Shown in pieces: positions 40,048 to 53,009 of a stretch of DNA of 64,000 nucleotides. A program made the translations under genes and the position numbers. The notes beneath the pieces were generated by a model, which searched no databases, was not told the origin of the DNA, and saw only the letters and a program-made list of their open reading frames with translations. The first letter of the stretch is position 1. Each line of letters starts with the position of its first letter. The stretch covers positions 54,622,001 through 54,686,000 of the forward strand of contig OX597830.1 of NCBI GenBank assembly GCA_951406725.2, read 5' to 3'. The DNA comes from Octopus vulgaris (Eukaryota).

Positions 40048-41087
40048 ATAGACGAGGAAAAAAAAAAAAAAGGAAAAATAAAAAGGTATCAGCGGTAGAT
40101 CGGGGCTTGTGGGATCGGAGCGTAACTTGATCATCGCTTCATTTGTATTGTTTTTGTACTGTGTATTCCATTCGATTTTTATGTATTGTATTTTATTTTT
40201 GATGTCACATTTATGTAAAATCATATCGATTCACTGATCCCATCAGTTGTACTGTCCATATCTATGTTTGGCCCCCGGTGGGCAATAAAGAAATTCGTAT
40301 TTCGTCTGCCGTTACGTTCTGAGTTCAAATTCCGCTGAGGTCGACTTTGCCTTTCATCCTTTCGGGGTCGATAAATTAAGTACCAGTTACGCACTGGGGA
40401 CGATGTAATCGACTTAATCCCCTTGTCTGTCCTTGTTTGTCCTCTCTGTGTTTAGCCCCTCAGTGGGTAGTAAAGAAATAGGTATTTCGTCTGTCTTTAT
40501 GTTCTAAGTTCAAATTCAGCCGAGGTCGACTTTACCTTTCATCATTTCGGGGGTTGATAAATTAAATACCAGTTGCGTACTGGAGGCGATCTAATCAACT
40601 GACCCCCTCCCCAAAAATTTCGGGCATTGTGCCTAGAGTAGAAAAGTATATTTAACAGTTTGCACATTAGAACGTGCAACTTTTGTCTTCAAAAAAAATT
40701 TCGCTTATAATATTTGTGTGTAAAAATATGTCGATCAGAGTTTTGAATTATACAAGCGGAATGTCAGAGTGTTGCAGCGTGATTACTCCTCCGCAAACAG
40801 CGAATGGCCTATGGACGACTAAGACACTGTCTGTGACTGAGGAGGCGTAATTACACTGATACACGTATATGGCAGTCCGCCAATGTCATTGAAAGCCCGG
40901 CTCGATATTTTTTTTACACATCTGTACATACAAAATGTAAAAAATACTGATGCGAACAGCTTCCATCTTTCACGTTCCACACTGTTATACAATATATTAT
41001 AACGTAATACACACACACACACACGCATGCACACGCATATATGCACATATACATACATATGTATGTATATATAGTAAATATATACAT

Positions 41088-41428
41088 TGCTGAGAACCCC
41101 TTCGGTCATGACTGACCATTGGATTGCCCCTAGAAAGTTACCCTCCGAGGCACAAGTCCGGGCAAGGTTGTTTATGGAAGACCAGTAGTCGCCCATGCAT
41201 ACCGGCATCCCCTCTCCATGCCAACAGTGTTATCCAAGGGAAAGGCAAAGGGGCCGATACAGCTTGGCACCAGTGACGTCGCAACTCATTTCTACAGCTG
41301 AGTGAACTGGACCAACCTGAAATTAAGTGTCTTGCTCAAGAACACAACACGCAGCCCGGTCCCGGAATCGAACTCACAACCTCACGATTGTAAGCTCGAT
41401 GCACTAACCACTGAGCCATGCGCCTTCA
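41088..41428 (-). mobile_element. tRNA-derived SINE, head H2 + tail T4
   Basis: Head gaaggcgcatggctcagtggttag...gtgagttcgattcc...gtgttcttgagcaagacact. Matches 13430-13770. Confidence 0.85.
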
Positions 41429-42041
41429 CACACACACACATATATACATTTATATATATACAAATATATATATAATATATATACATACATACATACATAC
41501 ATACATACATACATAGACATATGGCAGTTAGTCAAAGAACTAGAAGACAGTACTCAATATATGGTGTAGGAGTATATTGTGTGTGTATGCACGTGTGTAT
41601 CCGCTTGTATGCTTATACGCACACACACACACACACACATCTGTGCTCACGCAAACGTAAGCAATTATGTACAATAGCGCAGTGCCTTCATATGTGTGCG
41701 TGTGTGTGAGTGTGTGTGAGAGAGCGAGTGTGTGTATACGCGCGCATGAGTGTATGTGTATGTGTGTGTGTGTGTGTGCGCGCGCGCGCGTGTGTGCAGG
41801 CAACCAATATGTAAGGTAATCAATCAGATCGATAGGGTGGGCGATTCATGAAAGAATTCGATGGATGAAAGATGTTGAAAGATGTTCACATGTGCACAGA
41901 ATGATAATGATCGCGAAGAAGAAGAAGAAGAAGAAGAAGAAGAAGAAGAAGAAGAAGAAGAAGAAGGGGAAATGAACAACTACCATAAAAGACCTGATAT
42001 AAACAGTACAACCTCAACCACCACGATCATCACAACCACCT

Positions 42042-42113
<72 letters not shown>

Positions 42114-42596
42114 TTACTACTACTAAATTCTAAATACACACTGCAGCAATCGAAACCTAGTCACATGATAAAAATAACTGCCGGGCTGTTTCTAATAGAT
42201 TTCCATCTTCATCGCCATCACTCACCATCATCGTTTCTTCATCTTCCCCCCCCCCACTACACCGTATCAAAATCCCCTGCCTCACCCTTCACCTTCTCTT
42301 CCATTTTTATCCTATTGCTATCCATAGCCACGCTGCATGGAAGGACGTTAGCTAAAAGCCTCTTCCTACACCTTCAACCCCCTCCTCTTTCATCTTCTTT
42401 TTACCTGGTTTACTTCTCCCCATCCCTATTCTCCTTGCACCCCCATTTATCTGCCTTCTTTCTCCCCCCCCCCCCCCCGCTTTCTCCTTCCCATTCTTTC
42501 TTTTTCCATTTTCCCTCACCCACCATCATCTCGGCTGCCACAGCTGTAAGGAAGGACATTAAGACAATATAATACCAAGTGTTTCTGGTGTGGGTA

Positions 42597-42629
<33 letters not shown>

Positions 42630-42748
42630 GTATGTATGTACATATACATATACATACATACATGTGTGTATATATATATATACGTATATCTACCCATATA
42701 TGCATATCTTTATATATATGTATATGTATGTATATGTATGTATGTATG

Positions 42749-42839
<91 letters not shown>

Positions 42840-43143
42840 ATATCCATATGTGTGTAGATATATATATGCATATTATATATACACATATATATATATAGTA
42901 CATATATAAATACGTACACATATATATATTTATGTACATTATATATTATATATACACACATATATCATATATATAATATATACATATATACGGTGCTCCA
43001 GCATGGCCGCAGTCAAATGACTGAAACAAGTAAAAGAGTAAAAGAGTAAAAGAGATATATATACATGTGTGTGCATGTATGTATGTATGTATGTATGTAT
43101 GTATGTATGTATGTATGTATGTATGTATGTATGTATGTATATG

Positions 43144-43178
<35 letters not shown>

Positions 43179-44326
43179 TATATGCATGTATATAGGGAGA
43201 GCAAGAGAGGAATCGATAAAATATAAACTCCACTTCAAAATGCAAACCAATTATCTTTCAAATGTATAAAAAAAACAGAAAAAACAATTCTCCCAATTTT
43301 CTGTTGAAATCTAAAAAAAAAAACCCATAATGTTTGCTTTTTTTTTCATTTCTTTCAAACCATATTTTATTTCGGTATTTTATTTTATTGTTTTTGTTTT
43401 GTTGTATTTTACCTTATTTTTACTTTGTAGTTCTGTTTTTTTTTATTTGCATGAGCATGTTTTTATTGTTGTTGTTGTTGTTGTTGCTGTTGTTGGTTTT
43501 TATAGTTAGATCTTTTATATTTTAGAACGCAGCTATAATGAAGAAGATGAAGAGAGAATGTGATGTGAAGAAGAGACGAGGGAGGAGGGAGAAGAAGATG
43601 ATGATAAGGTGGAGGAAGGAGGAGAAGACGCAATCAATAAAAGAACTAATCAAAGGTCTAACCAATGAAAATGATAGCCATACATAAAAAGAACATCCTC
43701 ATTCCAACCTCCTTACTCAGCTTGATTCTATAAAACTAGTTTAAATTTTCTAAAGGCACACGCCTGAAAGATCGTGTAGCATGAAACTTGAGTCACGAGG
43801 TAAAAAAATACAACTTAAATAAAACACACACACACACACACACGCAAACACATACACACATACACGCACACACACAAATACGTACATACACGTACATAGG
43901 CAGGGCGCGTGGCCTTGTGGTTAAGTTGTTGCCTTTACGATCTTGTGGTTGTAGCTTCGATCCCCGGATCGAGTGGTGCGTTGTGTTCTTGTGCAAAACA
44001 TTTTATTTTACGTTGTTCTGCGATCACTTTGACATCTAACATGTGGCACATCGCCCACCTGTACCGGCAATATCGATTTGATGGAGCTTAGGTACAGCAC
44101 AAGCATCTGATTGCTACAAACAAATCGTCGCTGTTGGTTGTTCAGCAAAAAGTTACTGAACCCTCATCTGTCGTCTACGATTGCAGAACTCACTGTGTGG
44201 TGTGTGTATGTGTCTGTGTGTTTGTCTCTCTTTCTCCGTCTCTCTTCCTCTCTTTCTCTTTCTCTCTCTCTTTCTCTCCCTCTTTCTCTCCCCCTCTCTC
44301 TTCCCTCTGTCTCTATATATACATAT

Positions 44327-44646
44327 GAGGGCGCGTGGCTTAGTGGTTAGGGCATTCGGCTCATGATCGTAAGGTTGTGAGTTCGATTCCCGGCGACGCG
44401 TTGTGTCCTTGAGCAAGACACTTTATTTCACGTTGCTCCAGTCCACTCAGCTGGCAAAAATGAGTTGTACTTGTATTTCAAAGGGTCAGCCTTGTCACTC
44501 TCTGTGTCACGCTGATTATCCCCGGGAACTACGTTAAGGGTACACGTGTCTGTGGAATGCTCAGCCATTTGCACGTTAATTTCACGAGCAAGCTGTTCCG
44601 TTGATCGTATCAGCTGGGACCCTCGTTGTCGTAACCGGCGGAGTCT
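44327..44646 (+). mobile_element. tRNA-derived SINE, head H2 + tail T1
   Basis: H2 head, then a tail matching 53210-53390. A diverged H2 copy with another tail lies at 43880-44185. Confidence 0.85.
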
Positions 44647-44746
44647 TTATATATACATATGCATATGTATATATATCTATGTATATGTGCGTATGTGTGC
44701 ATATGTATACATAATTATATGTATATATGTTTATACATATGTATGT

Positions 44747-44807
<61 letters not shown>

Positions 44808-45566
44808 CGTGTGCGTGTATGTGTATCTATGTATATGCGCATACACTTGCATATCTACACGTACATACACATGTAAATATTGTATATATGTATAGCTAAA
44901 AAGGTGCAGCTGAAGCTAATCTTAAGCTGGCATTAGTCCATTGTAGTTTCGTCGCTTGATCCCGCATGTGACATTTCACATGTGCCACCGAGGATGTCTT
45001 CGGGACCAAAGTGTATGGGTCACTTTCTAGTGACTCGGCATCCACTCAAAGTAAAATCTTTTCTCTGCAGAATAAAACAATTTCTGACTTTTTAAGCAGC
45101 AAAAGGTAAAGATAAGGTACAGTTGCATGACAAGAACAGGGAATATCATTACAGATAGTATCTGATCCCAAACCACATAATAATTCCGAGAATCAGGAAA
45201 CCTATTCTACAAACAGTTTTCCGCATAATTGCTAAACGTGATTGCTCCCGTGTCACCTCCACTCGAGACTGGTAACTTCCTCGTATCTTCTTTTCACCCG
45301 TATTATGTTCAATATTCCTAGACTCTACGCTAACCACAATGCTAACCACTAAGCTAACCACTATACTCAGTTCGGCTTTCTGGAATTGCTTTCATTTATC
45401 TTTTATCGTTTACTTGTTTCATTTATTAGACTTGCGGCGTTTAGTTGAATAAATCAACCCCCAGTAATAATTTTTTGATCCGGTACTTAATCAGTACCCC
45501 TTGTGCTGAACCACTAAGTTACGGGAACGTAAACAAGCCAATACTGGTTGTCAAGTGGTGATGGGA

Positions 45567-45613
<47 letters not shown>

Positions 45614-46015
45614 GCGCGCGCACATCAGCTTCCCGCACGATTTCCGTCTACTAAATTCATTCACAAGGTATTGGTCGACTCGAGGCTATCGTAGAAGACA
45701 TTTGCCCAAGGTGTCATGCGGTGGGACTGAGTTCAAAACCACGTTGTTGGAAAGCGAGCTTCTTAACCACACAGTCATATTGCAGACTTTCAAGCGGAAC
45801 ATTAACCCGGTCGACCTCAGTTTAATGAGAGACATAAGCATAGCCTTTCCCTCCATGCCAAAATTATATAAATATGTGCAGCTATCAAAATATAAGAGTT
45901 GTTCCTTATTGAAATTTTATAGAAATCTGAGTTTCTAATTTTGAATGTCACGAATCATTCCTAAATTTCCAATTTATGTAGATCATGTATAAGGGAATAT
46001 AGGAGGACAGTTTCA

Positions 46016-46214
46016 TATTTCTTTACTGCCTACAAGGGGCTAAACACAGGGGGGACAAACAAGGACAGACAAACGGATTAAGTCGATTACATCGACCCCA
46101 GTGCGTAACTGGTACTTATTTAATCGACCCCGAAAGGATGAAAGGCAAAGTCGACCTCGGCGGAATTTGAACTCGGAACGTAACGGCAGGAACTTTTCAG
46201 CCCCACTCCTCGTA
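46016..46214 (-). mobile_element. Head-less family M SINE abutting a mariner-like TIR
   Basis: The SINE body ends at cgtaacggcag (~46189). It is followed by gaacttttcagccccactcctcgta (reverse complement of tacgag...gctgaaaagttc). Confidence 0.75.
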
Positions 46215-46698
46215 CGTATGTATGTATGTATGTATGTATGTATGTATGTATGTATGTATGTATGTATGTATGTATGTATTATATATACGTATGTGTGAGA
46301 GTCTGAGTGTGTTTTACTTTTATTTGTTAGTTTATTACATTTATATATTTGTTTTATACTCGAAAAATATTTTTCTGCCCTCGCCATATATAAAATCGGT
46401 GGTTGCTGTCAATGAAGGCGATGGTGGTGGTGATGATGATTGTTGTATTGGTAAAGCTAATGATGGTGGCAACGGAAATAATGATGATGGTGTTGAAGGT
46501 AGAGCTAATGATGAGGACTGATGAAGAAGATTTCCAATATTTTTAAATATTGATTTTTTTTAATGATAATGATGATACATTTTGATGATTTCCTGTAATT
46601 TAAATATCGATTTCTTACAATAATTATGTTGACGATGATGATAATGGATGGTTGTGGTGGTGGTGCTAATGATGATGATGATGATGATGATGATGACA

Positions 46699-46733
<35 letters not shown>

Positions 46734-47090
46734 AGTGGTGGTGGGATATTAATGATGATAATGATAAGAGTAGTGGTCGTAGTGGATGTGGTAATGAGAG
46801 GGTGATGATGGTTGTGGTGATTGTCGTGGTAGTGGTGATGGTGAGATGGGTGATGATGAGGAAGAGCAAGAGGAGGACACATTCCTTGAAAGGTATGTAG
46901 TGACTAAATAAAAAAAAAAGGTCTATCTTTGGCACTGCAAGGTTCTACGTCGTCGTACGACTTGCAATAAGATACTGCCAAATTTTTCTCGAATAACATA
47001 CTTCTTAATAAAAAGGACCTATTAAACAATGTAGTTTTATACATTCTGTATTTGGAAAAAAAATGGGGTGGTCAGAGTTGGAACGCCTTT

Positions 47091-47313
47091 GCTGGCAGAA
47101 ACGTTAGCACGCCGGGCGAAATGCGTAGCCGTATTTCGTCTGCCGTTACGGTCTGAGTTCAAATTCCGCCAAGGTCGATTTTGCCTTTCATCCTTTCGGG
47201 GTCGATAAATTAAGTACCAGTTACGAACTGAGGTCGATATAATCGACTTAATACGTTTGACTGTCCTTGTTTGTCCTCTCTGTGTTTAGCCCCTTGTGGG
47301 TAGTAAAGAAATA
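47091..47313 (+). mobile_element. Family M SINE, A-type tail
   Basis: Near-consensus copy. Confidence 0.9.
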
Positions 47314-48075
47314 GGTTTGTTCAAACAGAACTGACCTATGGTTAAGCCAAAATAACAACAGCTATTAGACTGTGACGGCCAACAACGAGCAATCTTAGAA
47401 GATGGAATGGTCACAGTGAACCTCCTCAGACAATGTTGACCTGGTGCCAAGCAAGAACTGTCATAAAACCATCGTCTGTGACAAAACCATGACAACAACA
47501 AAAACGGCAACGACAATAACACTAACAACAACGACAATAACAACAATAAACAACGATACAACAAAAACAATAACAACGACGATTATAACAATATCAATGA
47601 CAACATCAACAGCTATACTACGACAAAAACAACATCAAGGACAACAACAAAACCAAAACGCAATAATGATATCAATAATAACGTGCTTTCAGCCATTTTT
47701 CAACGAAGTCCTTTGATTGCGATATGATGACGTTAAGTTATGCCTCATTAACTTGATTTTATAATTAAATGAGAGTCAAGAGTCGTAATTAACCGAATTA
47801 ATTGATTGACACTTGAAGTATAAACATTTGTGTCTCACATCCCTTCTCTGAAGCAATTAAAATTTGTGCTGTGGATGTATAACGGTCAATCTCTGTTCGC
47901 AATTCGCCGTTGGATCGTTTGAGCTTTCACCGAATTTTGCTTTATCGGTTTCTCTTTTTTATACCATTTCTTTTATCCTGTTGTTGTATAATGATTTCTA
48001 ACTTGGAAACTAGCCACAGACCATCTTATAACATTATAAAACCCCTTAATGGCGCGAGCGAAACAATTCATTGGG

Positions 48076-48137
<62 letters not shown>

Positions 48138-48164
48138 ATGTCTGTCTGTCTGTCTGTCTGTCTA

Positions 48165-48270
<106 letters not shown>

Positions 48271-48346
48271 CAAAATGTGACCGCGTGTGTATCGTTGGCG
48301 ATTTTTTCCTCCGTCTTCCCTTCCTTGGATCTTTCCTTTTCCTGTG

Positions 48347-48379
48347 TTTCTGACAAAGAGCTCCGCTCGAAACGTTAAA
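48347..48379 (+). ncRNA. Minimal hammerhead-like motif, core mutated
   Basis: ttt-CTGACAA-a-gagc tcc gctc-GAAAC-GTT-aaa (CTGACGA with G>A). A related motif ctgttga-g-gagc gttg gctc-gaaatgta is at ~26302. Both lie in Penelope-like fragments next to (TA)n. Confidence 0.5.
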
Positions 48380-48478
48380 TCCTCCTTCTTTCTTTCCTTT
48401 CCTGAGCGTCCAATAACACTATACTTGTTCCACGTCCTCGCGTTGTTGTGTTTTCTTTTTGTGTTTCCATGTTTGGAT

Positions 48479-48539
<61 letters not shown>

Positions 48540-48656
48540 CACGAAAAACTATAAAATGATTATATTATGATTTATGATGAGTTAGTCCTAGAATTGCTAT
48601 ATAATTAATAATACTTTAATACTTTCAATCACACGAATACTTATGTTTTATATATA

Positions 48657-48920
48657 TTAGAATGTTACCCCGTCATATGACGGGAAACTTTGCAAGTTTA
48701 TTTTTCCTACCGTGGGAAGTATTAGGAAATATGACATAAAAACTCGTGCAATAATAATAATTTAACTTTTTCACACACTTTATTGGTGCTTAAACAAGAT
48801 AATAAAACGGATGCTAATTTTTTAAAGAAAAATATTTATCTTAGAATAGAATGAAATAAAACAATATTTAAAAGGAAAACGAATACAAAATTACTCTACA
48901 ACTTGATTTTATCTTATGGA
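48657..48920 (-). mobile_element. Helitron-like 3' end
   Basis: Minus strand cccgtca ta tgacggg hairpin, then gtaacattCTAA-t. Confidence 0.45.
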
Positions 48921-48938
48921 AATTTGCACACAAACTAA

Positions 48939-49014
<76 letters not shown>

Positions 49015-49336
49015 TTATACACACACATATTCCCTCTCTTCTTCTATCTCTATAATTGTTTCTATCAATGTGTGTCTATGCGTGTAGCGCCTAGTGTGTA
49101 TACTCATGCTGCACCTTTTGTGTTAAATGTGTATTACTTTATGCAAAGTAAAGCGTGACTGGAGAACTCAACCAGCCAACCAACCAGCCAGCCAGCCAAC
49201 CAACCAACCAACCAACCAACCAACCAACCAGCCAACCAACCAACCAGCCAACCAACCAACCAACCAACCAACCAACCAACCAACCAACCAGCCAACCAAA
49301 CAGCCAACTAACATTTATATCGGTTACTGTTATATA

Positions 49337-49499
49337 GGTGCAGGAGTGGCTGTGTGGTAAGTAGCTTGCTAACCAACCACATGGTTCTAGGTTCAGTCCC
49401 ACTGCGTGGCACCTTGGGCAAGTGTCTTCTGCTATAGCCCCGGGCCAACCAAAGCCTTGTGGGTGGATTTGGTAGACGGAAACTGAAAGAAGCCTGTCG

Positions 49500-49591
<92 letters not shown>

Positions 49592-49801
49592 TGTCTGTGT
49601 TCGCCCCGCTAGCATTGCTTGACAACCGATGCTGGTGTGTTTACGTCCCCGTAACTTAGCGGTTCGGCAAAAGAGACCGATAGAATAAGTACTGGGCTTA
49701 CAAAGAATAAGTCCCGGGGTCGATTTGCTCGACTAAAGGCGGTGCTCCAGCATGGCCGCAGTCAAATGACTGAAACAAGTAAAAGAGAGAGTAAAAGAGA
49801 A
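49337..49801 (+). mobile_element. CORE-type SINE (family C) with internal (TA)n(TG)n and (gtaaaaga)n tail
   Basis: tRNA-like head ggagtggctgtgtggtaag..gttcagtccc and CORE-like gcaccttgggcaagt. Same family at 59079 and 63194, with partials at 25950, 33460, 42990, 45410 and 56320. Confidence 0.9.
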
Positions 49802-50542
49802 TATGGAAGTGATTATAATTTATTTCCTTCTATGTAAAATATGTAAAATATATGGATGTACGAATGTTCTACTAATATCATTAATACTAAACTATGACAG
49901 CAAAAACAATTGTCATCGAAAATGAAATTGTTGGAGAGAAATGACCTACACGTTTCAGAAACAGTACAAAACGTGTTATTTTGATGTCTGCGACGGTTCT
50001 GCAGATTACGGAAACCAACGATACCTCAACAAATACGAACACAGGGGAAGGAGTACAGTAGCATAACTAGAAAAAGGTGAGGGTAGGTCCGCATCGGACT
50101 TCGCTTTTATGGAGGCGACACTTCTGAGTCCGTGTATAAGCCTGTATATGATTGGGGTTCTGAGAGACGGCAAACTCAAGGGCTACTCCGAGCAGCGCAT
50201 ACACAAGCTACACTACTGGTGGAGCGTACTCTCCTGTGTTTAGGTACGTCTATTCATTGCGTACCTTCTCTCGTGTACCTTCTTTTGTGCCATGCATGAG
50301 ACACTATATTCGGACCTTATAATTGTACACAAAAGGCGTAACATTTATTTTCATCTCGGCGAAAATCATTAACGACTTAACGACTTATTTGATGACATAC
50401 AAGACGCACAGGCATATTAGGGTCACTCCAATTTCAACAGTGCATATTCAGGAAAAAATGGTTTTAGGGAATTAAAGAATGTAATACAAACCCAACTTCT
50501 TTTTTGAAACATTTTTAATGGAAAAAATGCATCATATATACC

Positions 50543-51022
50543 TATATCTTTACTATCCACAAGGGGCTAAACACAGAGAGGACAAACAAGGACAGACAAA
50601 CGTATTAAGTCGATTTACATCGACCCCAGTGCATAACTGGTACTTAATTTATCGACCCAGAAAGGATGAAAGGCAAAATCGACCTCGGCGGAATTTGAAC
50701 TCAGAACGTAACGGCAGACGAAATACGGCTACGCATTTCGCCCGGCGTGCTAACGTTTCTGCCAGCTCGCCGCCTTGTCATCATATATACCTGTTTCTTT
50801 ATTACCCACAAGGGGTTAAACATAGAGGGGACAAACAAGGACAGACAAATGGATTAAGTCGATTACATTGACTCCAGTGCGTAACTGGTACTTAATTTAT
50901 CGACCCCGAAAGGATGAAAGGCAAAGTTGACCTCGGCGGAATTTGAACTCAGAACGCAGCGGCAGACGAAATACCACAAAGCATTTCGCCCGGCGTGCTA
51001 ACGTTCCTGCCAGCTCGCCACC
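50543..51022 (-). mobile_element. Two complete family M SINEs in tandem
   Basis: Each has its own head. catcatatatacc is duplicated at 50530-50542 and 50779-50791. Confidence 0.9.
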
Positions 51023-51791
51023 ATCCAATACGGTACTTTGTCTTCACTTTCTGATTTTTTAGCAAAAGATCTCCATGCCCTTCCGTATCTCGAATGATAA
51101 CTAGATTATCTTACCAGACATAAACGATTGTTTGCTCACCTTTCGGGACCCAGTCCTCTAATACAGTGATTCTCAAATGGTTTTACTCAAACGGCTCTGT
51201 CTTTGATTTTGTAAATTCATCAACGCTTCTCTTTATTTTTTAATTTAAAATTTCTCTAGCCTTTTGAATTAATCTTTAATGCAAAACATAGAAATGAAGG
51301 TTCAAATCTAGTTAAAATGAAATCCCAAGGGGCGTTGCAGCCCCCTTTGAAAAGCAATGGTCTAATGGAATCCTCATTAGTGTGAGATGAAAACTCGACT
51401 AATTTAATTATCAACTTTGAGTTATTAATTTACGGCGGAAAATACGAAGAAAAAGCAGATAGAGGTGTGAAATACTTCGCTAATGATTTTGTTTTTAATT
51501 AAAACAAGTAAATCGATTCGTTGATTGCATGAAGAGTTTACGATGGTCCCACCACCACCACCACTAATGATGCAATCAGATTCGATTAGGAGATGCTTAA
51601 ACGAAGCATTGATATTCTGGTGGCGTCGATGAAAGCAAAAGCTTACACCAACAACGACGACAACGACAGCAACAACCACAAGAAAAATGACAGTGGCGAC
51701 AAATACCCGACTCCTTGTGCCTGTACCCGATCTCCCAACTTTCTGAATAAATTCCATATCTTTAAAATATAGTTCAGAGGAGCAAAACAAA

Positions 51792-51828
<37 letters not shown>

Positions 51829-51968
51829 ACATGCACGCATTTAGGTGTTAGCTGTTGAAAAAAAAGAGTACTTAAACTTTACCTGAAGAACCTATGGACC
51901 TACAGGTGAAACTCGAAGTAATAATAGACTGACTTGTACCAAATAATATATATATATATATATATAAA

Positions 51969-52012
<44 letters not shown>

Positions 52013-52694
52013 GAGAGAGAGAGAGAGAAGAAAGAAATATGCGAGTGAGAGAAAGACCGGCAGTCAGAAAGCAACAAAAGATAAAGATTAGAGAATATAT
52101 ATGCGCACACACGTGCGCACATACGCACACACACACACATACACACACTCACGCACATATATACACACACACGTAATACATACTCACGCATGTTCATATA
52201 GAGACAGAAAGATATCGAGAGAGAGAGAGAGGAGAAGAAAGAAGCGGAGAAAGTGAGATAGAGAAAGAGAAACAGAGAGACAGAGACAGAGACAGAGACA
52301 GGCAGACAGACAGCAAGGTGGATGGAGAGACGAGAGATAGAGTTCATCAGTAAAAGCGTTAGAGATACTGCATAATCAACGAGTATTTGGTTGGTGTAAA
52401 GTGCTGAAACTAAAAACGTCCATTGGGAACCAGAAGTGTTAGATTTTGAAAGAGAAACACTTAGGAGAGGGAACATTCAGAGCTGGAAAAAGCTCAATTA
52501 CGTTGTGGGTAGAGTGAGAAGGGAACGGAGCGAAAGGGGAGAATGGTGTCAATTTTAGCTCGAAACTGTTTCAATTAGTTTGGCTGTCATGTAAGCACAG
52601 TGTTGTACATGTGTTGTGTGTTGTCCCGTTCTTGCAGGGCTGAGGTATAAGTTGCTCATAGATACAGTACAGTGAACTATAGTACTACACTGTG

Positions 52695-52927
52695 AAGGCG
52701 GCGAGCTGGCAGAATCGTTAACACGCCGGACGAAATGCGTAGCAGTATTTCATCTGCCCTACGTTCTGAGTTCAAATTCCGCCGAGGTTGACTTTGCCTT
52801 TCATCCTTTCGGGGTCGATTAAATAAGTACCAGTTATGCACTGGGGTCAATATAATCGACTTAATCCGTTTGTCTGTCCTTGTTTGTCCTCTCTCTGTTT
52901 AGCCCCTTTGTGGGTAATAAAGAAATA
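52695..52927 (+). mobile_element. Family M SINE, A-type tail
   Basis: Full head to aaagaaata, followed by ggtatct. Confidence 0.9.
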
Positions 52928-53009
52928 GGTATCTATTTACAGTTAGGTGGAATGGACTGTTGTCATTTAAGTGTCTTGGTCTGGTCATGGACACAGTACA
53001 ATGAACTAC

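Larger units (their letters stand above)
34961..40295 (+). mobile_element. Full-length Tx1-clade non-LTR retrotransposon (5.3 kb)
   Basis: Perfect 16-bp TSD cgtatttcgtctgccg (34945-34960, 40296-40311). Has 5'UTR, ORF1, ORF2 and a 3'UTR ending gggcaataaagaaatt. Confidence 0.95.
34894..40646 (+). mobile_element. Nested composite: family M SINE head, Tx1 LINE, A-tail SINE body, B-tail SINE body
   Basis: Outer 16-bp direct repeat tatatttaacagtttg at 34878-34893 and 40647-40662. Head ~34897-34960. Bodies 40296-40480 and 40481-40646. Confidence 0.9.

Noticed and set aside
45071-45105. Possible 35-bp plus-strand micro-exon (ttttctctgcag|...AAG|gtaaag)
   Set aside because: Too short to assess, donor is mediocre, and the peptide is not recognisable.
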